From Pristiophorus japonicus (lineage: Eukaryota), in NCBI RefSeq assembly GCF_044704955.1, contig NW_027253183.1, positions 558,001 through 622,000 on the forward strand: 64,000 bases of DNA, read 5' to 3'. The position numbers were made by a program, and so were the translations under genes. Each line of letters begins with the position of its first letter. Within the stretch, counting starts at the first letter, position 1. Below, in pieces: positions 1 to 12,540 of the stretch. Under the pieces are notes generated by a model. That model saw only the letters and a list, made by a program, of their open reading frames with translations, was not told the DNA's origin and did not search any database.

Positions 1-875
1 TGGAGCAGGCTCGAGGGGCCATATGGCCTACAACGGCTCAAATGTCTTATGTTCTTGTGTCTACAGATCCCTGAAGGTAGCAGGACAGGTATATAAGGTG
101 GATAAGAAGGCATACGGGATACTTGCCTTTATTAGCCAAGGCATAGAATATAAGAGCCGGGAGGTTATGCTTTGATGGTATAAAACACTAGCTAAGCCAC
201 AGCTAGAGTACTGTCTGCAGTTCTGGTCACCACATTACAGGAAAAGATGTGATTGCACTAGAGAGGGTATAGAGGAGATTTACGAGGATTTTGCCTGGAC
301 TGGAGAATTTTAGCCATAATGAATGATTGGATAGGCTGGGGTTGTTTTCTTTGGAACATAGGAGGCTGAGGAGAGACCTAATTGAGGTGTATAAAATTAT
401 GTGGGGCTGAGATAGAGTGGATAGGAATGACCTATTTCCATCAGCAGAGGGGTCACCAACCAGGGGGCATAGATTTAAAGTAATTGGTACGAGGTTTAGA
501 GGGGATTTGAGGAGAATTTTTTTTCACCCAGAGGGTGGTGGGGGTCTATAAGAACATAAGAAATAGGAACAGGTGTAGGCCATATGGCCCCTTGAGCCTG
601 CTCCGCCATTCAATAAGATCATGGCTGATCTGATTATGGACTCAGCTCCACTTCCCCACCCGCTCCCCATAACCCCTTATCCCCTCACTGCCTGACAGGG
701 TGGTAGAGACAGAAACCTTCACCACATTTAAAAAGTACTTGGATATGCACTTGAAATGCCGTAACATACAAGGCTATGGACCAAGAGCTGGAAAGTGGGA
801 TTAGGCTGGATAGCTTTGTCGTCCGGCACGGACACGATGGGCCGAATAGGTCGCTTGTGTGCTGTAAACTTTCCA
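1..875 (+). mobile_element. Nested CR1 LINE 3' fragments, with a short minus-strand CR1 3' end inserted at ~549-685
   Basis: RT C-terminal and 3'UTR sequence matches other CR1 copies in the window (e.g. 11240-12410); the insert begins with an ATAAGAAC tail repeat. Confidence 0.8.
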
Positions 876-1915
876 AGTCCTGTAAACCCATCTCCCCTGT
901 GCTCGCTGACCTACATTGGCTCCCGGTTAAGCAATGCCTCGATTTTAAAAATGCTCATCCTGGTTTTCAAATCCCTCCATGGCCTCGACCTTCACACTCT
1001 CTGTAATCTCCTCCAGCCCCATGACCCCCCGCCAAAGAGATGTCTGCGCTCCACTAATTCTGGCCTGTTCAGCACCCCCGACTATAATTACTCAACCACT
1101 GGCGGCCGTGCCTCCAGCTCCCTATGCTCTGGAATTCCTTGCTAATCCTCTCGACCCTCTTTTCTCCTGTAAGACGCCCCTTAAAACCTACTTCTTTGAC
1201 CATTTGTGTCATGTGTCTTGGTATCAAATTTTTTGTCTTATCTTCTCTTCGGCGGTCCCTTGTATCGAGTATGACTTGCTTCCACCAAAAAGGGATGAGT
1301 TCACATGTGTTTCAATGAAGGACTGGCTATTCCAAGTCCCGAACTGCAGATTGAAGGATGGATGATGCCAGAGTGTGGATTTTTTTAACGTGTGGTGACC
1401 GTTGCACACCAACCACCACACGGGCTTGACAGAGCTAGGTCTTGGTCCAGTGGCAAGGATTAACCTTGACGACTGGAAACCAGCTCTGCTGCACGGATCT
1501 ACTGTGCACACATATTGCAGTGTGGGCTGGCCCGTGTGCCCCTGGGCCCTCGCCTCTTCTGGTCCCCGAACTCATGCCTCTCCTGGGCCCCGATCACGTT
1601 GGTCTGCAATCCCTCGCCACTACTTCGCACCGACCTCATCGCTCCTGCTGTACCTGCCCACGCTCCAATCACCGACCTGCATTATGAGGATGTCCATTCC
1701 AGTCGCCCTCTTCACAGTCGTTGCCCTCCCTGACTGGCTCACGCTGTACCTTGCAGTGGTATGCCGCCATGCTGCTCCTCCTTTTAAAGCCCCGACCTTC
1801 CGCTGATGGTTCCTCGCAGCTTGAAGGAACCATCTTATGTCTAATAACACTCCTGTGAAGCACCTTGGGACCTTTTACTGCATTAAAGGCGCTATATCAA
1901 TACCAGTTGTTGTTC
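876..1915 (+). mobile_element. L2 LINE 3' end, split by an RTE-derived insertion
   Basis: Translates to SPVLADLHWLPVKQ...FK and ILVFKSLHGL; ends AAAGGCGCTATAT...GTTGTTGTT; paralogous to 17640-17950. Confidence 0.8.
1239..1834 (-). mobile_element. Non-autonomous RTE-derived element (RTE 3' end joined to RTE 5'UTR)
   Basis: Both ends match the RTE at 12541-13530 (GTCCCT..ATCGAG..GACTTGCTTCCAC; CCACACGGGCTT..GGTCTTGGTCCAGTGGCAAGG); near-perfect 8-bp TSD TTTTGTCT (1231-1238) / TTATGTCT (1835-1842). Confidence 0.7.
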
Positions 1916-2252
1916 CCTCCCCAGGTCTCCCTTTACCAGTTTCCATGATAGAATCAGACAGCACCGAAGGACACTGATTCGGCCCATTGTACCCGTGCCA
2001 ACGCCAGCCGGTGAATGAAAAGAAAAAGAACCTTCTCTTATATTGGTGAACTTGTTCAAATAAAAGACAGGGTTCACAACACAGGTTTTCCACATTTTGG
2101 ATCGGAATCAGTAACTGACTAACCGCACTGCTCCAGGATTGCAATCTTTGATCTCCGTCTAACTTGTACTGCCTGGACTGGCCCTTTAAATACCGGGGAC
2201 ACTTTGTAACCTTCAGACCGGTTTTTAAGTGATTGATATTTTACCATTAAAG

Positions 2253-2597
2253 GTGCAGTTGTCCCTGTCCTGACCCAGTCTCCGAGCCTGGAACTTGTCA
2301 CAGAGGGTCACACGGCACGGTTACAATGCACCATGTGGAACGCCAGAGTGAGTGACACCGATGTCCACTGGTACCGGCAACTCCTGGGGCAAGATATGGA
2401 GTGGGTTTTAACACATGAGGCAAGTGGCAGCACACGCGGGAGCCCAGGTTCCACTGACCATCTCCAGCCTTCCAGAGACACCTCCAATGACAGCTTCATT
2501 CTGACAGTCACAGAAGTGCAGCCCAGTGACACTGTCGCCTATTACTGTAAAGTGTGGGGCGATATCAGCGGGAACGGAACCCAGCTCAATGTAACCA
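2253..2597 (+). CDS. Intact Ig V-set exon with germline-fused J-like G strand (non-rearranging VJ domain)
   Basis: AG acceptor at 2251-2252 and GTAAAT donor at 2598, phase 1 at both ends. Translation AVVPVLTQSPSLELVTEGHTARLQCTMWNARVSDTDVHWYRQ...SFILTVTEVQPSDTVAYYCKVWGDISGNGTQLNVT has the B-strand Cys, WYRQ, DxxxYYC and GxGTxLxV; no stops. Confidence 0.92.
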
Positions 2598-2700
2598 GTA
2601 AATACAGTTTACATTATATTAACCTGAATAGAAGGAATAACCTCTTACACATGGATTTATTGATCAGTATCTGATTAATATCACAAAAACCGCTGGTAAA

Positions 2701-5499
2701 CTTAATGCAATAAGGTGGACGAATTAACTGCGCAGATAGATGTTAATGGATATGATGTAATTGAGATTACGGAGACATACTCCAGGGTGACCAAGGCTGG
2801 GAACTCAATATCCAGGGGTATTCAATATTCAGGAAGGATAGACAGGAAGGAAAAGGAGGTGGGGTAGCGTTACTGGTTAAAGAGGAGATTAACGCAATCG
2901 TAAGGAAGGACATTAACGTGGATGATGTGGAATCTATATGGTAGAGCTGCGAAGAACCAAAGGGCAGAAAACGTTCGTGGGAGTTGTGTACAGGCCATCA
3001 AACAATAGTATGGGGGTTGGGGATGGCATCAAACAGGAAATTAGGGACGCGTGCAATAAGGTTACAGCAGTTATCATGGGTGAATTTAATCTACATATTG
3101 ATTGGGCTAACCAAACTGGTAGCAATACTGTGGAGGAGGATTTCCTGGAGTGTATAAGGGACGGTTTTCTAGAACAATATGTCGAGGAACCAACAAGAGA
3201 GCAGGCCATCCTAGACTGGGTCTTGTGTAATGAGAGAGGATTAATTAGCAATCTGGTCGTGCGAGGCCCCTTGGGGAAGAGTGACCATAATATGGTAGAA
3301 TTCTTCATTAAGATGGAGAGTGACACAGTTAATTCAGAGACTAGGGTTCTGAACTTAAGGAAAGGAAACTTCGACGGTATGAGACGTGAATTGACTAGGA
3401 TAGACTGGCAACTGATGCTTAAAGGGTTGACGGTGGATAGGCAATGGCAGACATTTAAAGATCACATGGATGAACTACAACAATTGTACATCACAGTGTG
3501 GCGTAAAAATAAAGGGAAGGTGGCTCAGCCGTGGCTAACAAGGGAAATTAGGGAAAGTGTTAAATCCAAGGAAGAAGCATATAAATTGGCCAGAAAAAGC
3601 AGCAAACCTGAGGACTGGGAGAAATTTAGTATTCAGCAGAGGAGGACTAAGGGTTTAATTAGGAGGGGGAAAATAGGGTATGAGAGTAAGCTTGCAGGGA
3701 ACATAAAAACTGACTGCAGAGGCATCTACAGATATGTGAAGAGAAAAATATTAGTGAAGACTAATGTAGGTCTCTTGCAGTCAGAATCAGGGGAATCCAT
3801 AATGGGGAACAAGGAAATGGCAGACCAATTGAAAAAATACTTTGGTTCTGTCTTCACTAAGGAAGACACAAATAACCTCCCGAAAATACTATGGGACAGA
3901 GGGTCTAGCGAGAAGGGGGAACTGAGGGAAATCCTTATTAGTCAGGAAATGGTGTTAGGGAAATTGAAGGGACTGAAGGCCGATAAATCCCCAGGTCCTG
4001 ATAGTCTGCACTCCAGAGTACTTAAGGAAGTGGCTCTAGAAATAGAAGATGCATTGGTGGTCATTTTCCAACATTCCATGGACTCTGATTCAGTTCCTAT
4101 GGATTGGAGGGTAGCTAATGTAACACCACTTTTTAAAGAAGGAGGGAGAGAAAACAGGGAATTATAGACCGGTTAGCCTGACATCGGTGGTGGGGAAAAT
4201 GCTGGAATCAATTATTAAAGATGAAATAGCAGCGCATTTGGAAAGCAGTGACAGGATCGAACCAAGTCAGTATGGATTTATGAACGGGAAATCAAGCTTG
4301 ACAAATCTTCTCGAGCTTTTTGAGGATATAACTAGTAGAGTGGATAAGGGAGAATAAGTGGATGTGATGTATTTGGACTTTCAAAAGGCTTTTGACAATG
4401 TCCCACACAATAGACTAGTGTGCAAAATTAAGGCACATGGTATTGGGGGTAATATATTGACGTGGATAGAGATGTTGGCCGACAGGATGCAAAGAGTGGG
4501 AATAAACGGGTCCTTTTCAGAATGGCAGGCAGTGACTAGTGGGGTGCTGCAGGGTTCAATGCTGGGACCCCAGCTATTTACAATATACATTAATGACTTT
4601 GACGAAGGAATTGAATGTAATATCTCCATGTTTGCAGATGACACTAAGATGGGTGGCAGAGCGAGCTGCGAAGAGGATGCTAAGAGGCTGCAGGGGACTT
4701 GGACAGGTTAGGTGAATGGGCAAATGCAGTATAATGTGGATAAATGTGAGGTTATCCACTTTGGTGGCAAAAACAGGAAGGTAGATTATTATTTGAATGG
4801 TGACAGATTAGTAAAAGAGGAGGTACAATGAGACCTGGGTATCATGGTACATCAGTCTTTGAAGTTAGGCATGCAGGTACAGCAGACAGCAAAGAAAGCA
4901 AATGGCATGCTGGCCTTCATAGCAAGGGGATTTGAGTATAGGAGCAGAGAGGTCTTGCTGCAGTTCTACAGGACCTTGGTGAGACCACACCTTGAGTATT
5001 GTGTGCAGTTTTGGTCTCCTAATTTGAGGAACGTGCTTGCTATTGAGGGAGTGCAGCGAAGGGTCACCAGACTGATTCCCGGGATCCAGAAGAATGAGGG
5101 GAGAATCTCATAGAGGCATATAAAATTCTGACGGGACTAGTCAGGTTAGATGCAGGAAGAATGTTCCCAATGTTGGGGAAGTTCAGAACCAGGGGTCACA
5201 GTCTAAGGATAAGGGGTAAGCCATTTAGGACCGAGATGAGGAGAAACTTCTTCACTCAGAGAGTTGTTAACCTGTGGAATTCTCTACCACACAGAGTTGT
5301 TGATGCCAGTTCGTTAGATATATTCAAGAGGGAGTTAGATATGGCCCTAACTGCTAAAGGGGGTCAAGGGATATGGAGAGAAAGCAGGAAAGGGGTACTG
5401 AGGTGAATGATCAGCCAAGATCTTATTGAATGGTGGTACAGGCTCGAAGGGCCGAATGGCCTACTCCTGCACCTGTTTTCTATGTTTCTATGTTTCTAT
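2701..5499 (+). mobile_element. CR1 LINE, 5'-truncated, ORF2 (APE endonuclease + RT) with frameshifts
   Basis: VGVVYRPS, GKSDHNMV, KSPGPD, YLDFQKAFD, QGSMLGPQLF, FADDTK; 3' tail (TATGTTTC)n at ~5478-5499. Confidence 0.95.
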
Positions 5500-5520
5500 C
5501 ATTGCTCTGTTCCCTGTTAG

Positions 5521-5563
5521 GCATTGAAGGAATCGGATCAGTCCATATACAGTGAGCTTAAAG
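5521..5563 (+). CDS. Candidate cytoplasmic exon encoding the distal half of an ITAM (ALKESDQSIYSELK)
   Basis: Pyrimidine-rich acceptor CTCTGTTCCCTGTTAG and strong donor AAG|GTATGT; the phase-0 reading gives xL-x7-YxxL. Confidence 0.5.
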
Positions 5564-6007
5564 GTATGTTTCTCTCACACTTGGCAAGGGTAGAGGCAAA
5601 GCGTGTGATATCTGTCACTTTTTGTATAAATGGTGAAACTGTGGGAAACCTTCACCTAAAATGGATCCATAGCAGCAACACTGCCTGGAATAGACCGAGA
5701 GCAATGGGCCCAGTGTGGTAACGGGCCATCAGTAGCCCAGTACGGTGATGGATTGAATGTTGTGTGGTGATGAACAGCTTTTACTAAATCATTAACACCC
5801 ACAGCCGCACACACACAAATCCTCTCCTTTGTTCACACTGAGTATTGTAACCAGGTTAAAAGTAGCCAGCACATTTCATTTTCTGATTCAACATTTTCCA
5901 TTGGTTTCAAGGGTTAAGTAAATTATTGGCTCTGATGTTTTCCAACAAGAGCTATGTCACATTAATTCTGGGAAAACAGACCATAATAATCAAGGGAAAG
6001 CTACGTA

Positions 6008-9000
6008 TAGAATCATAGAAATTTACAGCATGGAAGGAGGTTATTTTGGCCCATCGTGTCCGCACCGGCCGACCAAGAGCTATCCAGCCTAACCCCACTT
6101 TCCAGCTCTTGGAACGTAGCCCTGTAGGTTACGGCACTTTAAGTGCACATACAAGTATTTTTTAAATGTGGTGAGGGTTCCTGCCTCTACCACTCTTTCA
6201 GGCAGAGAGTTTCAGATTCCCACTACCCTCTGGGTAAAGACATTTCCCCTAATATCTCCTCTAAACCTCCTCCCAATTACTTTAAATCTATGTCCCCTGG
6301 TTGTTAACCCCTCTGCAAAGGGAAACAGGTCCTTCCTATCTATTCTATCTAGGCCCCTCATAATTTTATACACCTCAATCAGGTCTCCCCTCAGCCTCCT
6401 CTGTTCCAAAGAAAACAGACCCAGCATCTCCAATTTTTCCTCAAAGCTAAAATTCTCCAGCCCAGGCAACATTCTTGTAAATCTCCTCTGCACCCTTTCC
6501 AGTGCAATCACATCTTTCATAGAAACATGGAAAATAGGTGCAGGAGTAGGCCACTTGGCCCTTCCAGCCTGCATCACCATTCAAAAAGATCATGGCTGAT
6601 CATTCACCTCAGTACCCCTTTCCTGCTTTCTCTCCATATCCCTTGATCCCTTTAGCCGTAAGGGCCAACTCCCTCTTGAATATATCTAACGAACTGGCAT
6701 CAACAACTCTGTGTGGTAGAGAATTCCACAGGTTAACAACTCTCTGAGTGAACAGATTTCTCCTCATCTCGGTCCTAAATGGCTTACCCCTTATCCTTAC
6801 TGTGACCCCTGGTTCTGGACTCCCCCAGCATCGGGAACATTCTTCCTGCATCTAACCTGTCCAGTCCCGTCAGAATTTTATATGTTTCTATGAGATCTCC
6901 TCTCATCTTTCTAAACTTCAGTGAATAGAGGCCCAGTCGATCCAGTCTCTCCTCATGTCAGTCCTGCCATCCCGGGAATCAGCCTGGTGAATCTTCGCTG
7001 CACTCCCTCAATAGCAAGAACATCCTTCCTCAGATTAGGAGACGAAAACTGAACACAATATTCCAGGTGAGGCCTCAACAAGGCCCTGTACAACTGCAGT
7101 AAGACCTCCCTGCTCCTATACTCAAATCCCCTCGCTATGAAAGCCAACATGCCATTTGCCTTCTTCACCACCTGCTGTACCTGCATGCCAACTTTCAATG
7201 ACTGATGTACCATGACACCCAAGTCTCGTTGCACCTTTTCCTAATCTGCCGCCATTCAGATAATATTCTGCTGTCATGTTTTTGCCACCAAAGTGGCTAA
7301 CCTCACATTTATCCACATTATACTGCATCTGCCATGCATTTTCCCACTCACCTAACCTGTCCAAGTCACCCTGCAGCCTCTTAGCATCCTCCTCACAGCT
7401 CACACCGCCACCCAGCTTAGTGTCATCTGCAAACTTGAAGATATTACTCTCAATTCCTTCATGTTAATCATTTATGTATATTGTAAATAGCTGGGGTCCC
7501 AGCACTGAACCCTGCAGCACCCCATTAGTCACTGCCTGCCTGTTCAGAAAAGGATCCGTTTATCCCGACTCTCTGCTTCATGTCTGCCAACCAGTTCTCT
7601 ATCCACGTTAATACATTACCCCAATACCATTTGCTCTAATTTTGCACATCAATCTCTTGTGTGGGACCTTGTCAAAAGCCTTTTGAAAGTCCAAATACAC
7701 CACATCCACTAGTTCTCCCTTCTCCACTCTACTAGTTACATCCTCAAAAAATTCCAGAAGATTTGTCAAGCATGATTTCCCTTTCATAAATCCATGCTGA
7801 CTTGGCCCGATCCTGTCACTACTTTCCAAATGTGCTGCTGTTTCATCTTTAATAATTGATTCCAACATTTTCCCCACTACTGATGTCAGGCTAACCGGTC
7901 TATAATTACCCATTTTCTCTCTCCTTTTTTAAAAAATGGTGTTACATTAGCTACCCTCCTTTCCTGTAATGGGGTGACAGAACTGCACACAGTACTCCAG
8001 CTGCGGCCTAACCTGTGCTTTTACAGTTCAAGCATAACCTCCTAGCTCTTGTATTCCATGCCTCGACTAACAAAGGCAAGTATTCTCTCTGCCTTCTTAA
8101 CCACCTTATCTACCTGGCCTACTACCTTTAGGGATCTGTGGACCTGCATTCCAAGGTCCCTTTGTTCCTCTACACTTTTCAGTGTCGTACCAGTTACTGT
8201 GTATTCCCTTGCCTTGTTAGACCTCCCCAAATGCATTACCTCACACTTATCCGGATTGAATCCATTTTCCACTGTTCCAACCGCCTGACCAGTACATTGA
8301 TATCGCCTTGCAATCCGCAGCTTGCTTCTTCATTATCAACCACACAGCCTATTTTAGTGTCATCTACAAACCTCTTAATCATACCCCCAACATTCAAGAC
8401 CAAGTCATTGATATATACCACAAAAAGCAAGGGATCCAGCACTAAGCCCTGCGGACCCCTACTGGAAACAGCCTTCCAGGCACAAAAACACCCATCAACC
8501 ATTACCCATTGCTTCCTGCCCATGAGCCAATTTTGGATACAACTTGCCACTTTGCCCTGGATCCCATGGGCTTTTACTTTCGTGACCAGTCTGTCATGTG
8601 GGATCGTATGAAAAACGTTGCTAAAATCCATATACACTATATCATACACACCGTCCTCTTTGACCCTCCTTGTTACCTCCTCAAAAAATTCAATCAAGTT
8701 AGTCAGACATGACCTTCCCTTAACCAATTTGTGCTGACTATCCTTGATTAATCCATGTCTTTCCAAATGAAGATTTATCATGTCCCTCAGGATTTTTCCC
8801 ACCACTGAGGTAAGACTGACTGGCCTGTAATTACTTGGTCTATCCATTTCTCCCTTTTTAAACAAAGGTACAACATCAGTAGTCCTCCCAGTCCTCTGGT
8901 ACCACACCTGTAGCCAGAGAGGATTGGAAAATGATGGTCAGAGCCTCTGCTATTTCTTCTTTTGCTTCTCTTAACAGGGATACATTTCATCCGGGCCTGG

Positions 9001-9290
9001 GGATTTATCCACTTTCAAAGTTGTTAAGCCCCTTAATACTTCCTCTCTCACTATGTTTATCTCATCTAATATTTCACACTCCTCCTCCCTCATTGCAAAG
9101 TCTTCATCGCCCCTCTCTTTTGTGAAAACAGATGCAAAGTATTCATTAAGAATCATACCCACATCTTCTGCCTCCACACACAGATTTACTTTATGGTATC
9201 TAATAGGCCCCACTCTTTTTCTAGTTATCCTCATGCTCTTAATATATTTATAAAACATCTTTGGGTTGTCCCTGATTCTACTTGCCACGA
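6008..9290 (-). mobile_element. CR1 LINE (second subfamily) with another minus-strand CR1 nested at ~6518-7960
   Basis: RT motifs NYRPVSLTSVVGK and KGRSCLTNLIEFFE; the host element is interrupted at 6517 and resumes at ~7961. Confidence 0.9.
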
Positions 9291-12200
9291 ATGGCAGCAA
9301 AACATTCCTGGTTACAGGGTTTTCAGATGAGATAGAGAGGGGGATAAAAAATGGAAGGGGCAGTCGAAATATTGGAAACAATTACAGCTGTGAGGAGGGA
9401 TAATACGTTAGAAAGATCATCAAATGAGGCCTTATGGGTTGAACTGAAGAACAAAAAAGGGGCAATCACACTGCTGGGAGTGTACTATAGACCCCCAAAT
9501 CATCAGAGGAAGAGAGAAGAGCAAATATAAGCACATTTCTGAGAAGTGCAAAAACAATAGGGCAGAAATAGTAGGGGATTTCAACTACCCTAACATTAAC
9601 TGGGATAGAATCAGTGTAAAACGTACAGAGGGTACAGAATTCATAAAATGCATTCAGCAGAACGTTTTTAGTCAGTCGTAGCAAGCCCAACAAGAGAGGG
9701 GCGGTTCTGGACTTATGGAATGATGCTGGACAGATGGTAGGGGTATCAGTGGGAGAGCATTTTGGTGTTAGTGATCATAATTCAGTTAGATTTAGTGTAG
9801 TTATGGAAAGGAGAAAGATAAACCAAGAGTAAAAGTTCTCAGTTGGGGAAAGGCCAATTTTACTAAGCCGAGATGTGACTTAGCAAAAGTGGACTTCAAA
9901 CAGCAACGAAGGTAAATCAGTGTTGGAGCAGTGGTGGGACTCCCAAATCTAGAACTCCATGGATGTCAAGGGACATACAGTGGGATAAGGCAAAAAAGGG
10001 AAGTGTATGTTGGATACCAAGAGCTAAATACTGCAGAAAGCCTAGAGGAGTATAGAAAGTGCAGGGGTAAAATTAAAAAATGAGGAATGCAAAGATATGA
10101 AAAAATATTGGCAAGTAAAATCAAGAATGTTTTATAACTATATAAAGAGCATGAGGATAACTAAAGAAAGAGTAGAGTCTGTGGGAGACCAAAAAAGGAA
10201 GATTGTGATGGAGGATATGGGTATGGTTCTTAATGAATACTTTGCATCTGTCTTCACAAAAAGGAGGGACAATGCAAACATTGTAGTTAAGGGGGAGGAG
10301 TGTGAAATATTAGATGAAATAACCGTAGTGAGAGAGGAAATATTAAGGGGTTTAACATCCTTGAAAGTAGATAAATCGCCAGACCCGGATGTAATGTATC
10401 CCAGACTGTTAGGAGAAGCAAGGAAGAAAATAGCAGAGGCTCTGACCATCATTTTCCAATCCTCTCAGGCTACAGGCGTGATGCTGGAGGACTGGAGGAC
10501 TGCTAATGTTGTACTATTGTTTAAAAAAGGAGAACGGGATAGAGCAAGTAATTACAGGCCAGTCAGCCTAACCTCGGTGATGGGAAAATTGTTGGAAACA
10601 TTTGTGAGGCACAGTCTTAATCATCATTTAGCAAGGCATGAATTAATCAAGGACAATCAGCATGGATTTGTTAAAGGAAGGTCATGTCTGACTAACTTGA
10701 TTATTTTTGAGGAGGTAACAAGGATGGTTGATGAGGGTAGTGCGTTTGTCTACATGGATTTTAAGCAAGGCATTTGACAAGGTCCAACCTGGCAGACTGG
10801 TCAGGAAAGTAAAAGTCCATCTGATCCAAGGGGAAGTGGCAAGTTGGATCCAAAATTGTCTCAGTTGCAGGAAGCAAAAGGTAATGGTCGACGGGTGTTT
10901 TGGTGACTGGAAGGCTGTTTCCAATGGGGTTCCGCAGGGCTCAGTAGTAGGTCCCTTGCTTTTTGTGGTATGCGTCAATGATTTAGATTCCAATATAGGA
11001 GGTATGATTAAGAAGTTTGAAGATGATACAAAAATTGGCCGTGTGGTTGGCACTGAGGCATACTGCAGGAAGATGCCAATGGACTGGACAAGTGGGCAGA
11101 AAGATGGCAAATGGAATTCAATCCGAAGAAGTGTGAGATATTCCATTTGGGGAGGGTTAACAAGGCAAGGGAATACACAATAAATGGTAGAATACGGAGA
11201 AGTGTAGAGGAATAGAGGGTTCTTGAAATGCATGTCCACAGATCCCTGAAGGTAACAGGACAGGTAGATACGGTGATTAAGAAGGCATACGGGATACTTT
11301 CCTTTCTCAGCTGAGGCATAGAATATATGAGCAGGGAGCTTATGCTAGAACTGCATTAAAACACTTGATAGGCCACAGCTAGAGCACAGCATACTGTTCT
11401 GGTCACCACATTACAGGAAAGATGTAATTGCACTAGAGAGTGTGCAGAGGAAATTTACGAGAATTTTTTCATGACTGGTGAATTTTAGCTATGAAGAAAG
11501 ATTGGATAGGTTGGTGTTGTTTTCTTTGGAACAGAGGTGGCTGAGGGGAGACTTATTGAGGTGTATAAAATGATGAGGGGCCAAGATAAGAGTGGATAGG
11601 AATGACCTACAGGCAACTCTCGATTATCCGTACACGGATCCAACGGGAAACCGTTGTATCGGGATTTAAAATTCTGTGGCTAACAAGTGAAAAGACAGCT
11701 CCAAATAATTTGGAAAAATCGCCTTCCAAACACTGTGCTCATTTATATTTGCTCATTCTCTCTCGCACACACAATCTCGCACATTTTCTCTCTCACACAC
11801 ACTCTCTCACTCACCATAAAAATCACCCTCCTCTGCCTTTGCTTTGCTGAGGTGTGTGCGCGCTGCTGCAGCCGCTGTCTCTCGCGGCCGCCGCTGACGT
11901 TGGGAACGGGGATGGTGCTGGCACCGGGTTCCAGGCACAGAACCTGTACATGCATGCTGGTAATGTCTATCTTTTGTTACTGTTTGTATTGATTCATTCA
12001 AGTTTTAACTTATAAATGTCAACTCGCCATAACGGAAAAATCGTTTACCCGAAATAGCTCAATCCCCGTGGGACCCGGATAATCGAGAGTTGCCTGTATT
12101 TTCCTTAGCAGAGGGGTCAACAACCAGGGGGTATAGATTTAAGGTGATTGGAAGGACTAGAGGGGAGTTGATAACTTTTTCCACTGAGAGAGCAGTGGGG

Positions 12201-12410
12201 CTCTGGAATTCACTGCCTAAAAGGCTGGGAGAGGCAAAAACCCTCATCACATTTAAAAAGTACTTGGATATGCACTTGAAGTGCCATACCCTACAAGGAT
12301 ACAGACCAAGAACTGGAAAGTGGGATTAGGCTGGATAGCTCTTAGTCCTCCGGCACAGACACGATGGGTCGAATTGCCTCCTGTGCCATGAATTTCCACG
12401 ATTCTGATTC
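9291..12410 (+). mobile_element. CR1 LINE (second subfamily), endonuclease to 3' end, head-to-head with the previous copy
   Basis: EN motifs YRPP and GDFNYPNI; RT ORFs 10097-10777 and 10728-11183; 3'UTR ends near 12410. Confidence 0.9.
11610..12096. mobile_element. Tc1/mariner-superfamily (pogo/Tigger-like) MITE, 487 bp
   Basis: Perfect 21-bp TIRs CAGGCAACTCTCGATTATCCG (11610-11630) / CGGATAATCGAGAGTTGCCTG (12076-12096) with TA duplicated on both sides; removing it restores the CR1 sequence. Confidence 0.9.
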
Positions 12411-12540
12411 ACACAATCCTGAGACCTACCAGTCTGTATGGCTCAGATATGCCCGGGATAAACTCAATGTCTGAATTGTCACATTTTACACGAGATTACT
12501 GCAGATAACTGTTTTTAATTTTGTTCAAAACAGGCAATAT

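Noticed and set aside
2648-2691. Perfect RSS nonamer ACAAAAACC (2683-2691) downstream of the V exon
   Set aside because: No heptamer at 12- or 23-bp spacing (the nearest, CACATGG, is 28 bp away), and it lies in the intron after a complete J-like strand
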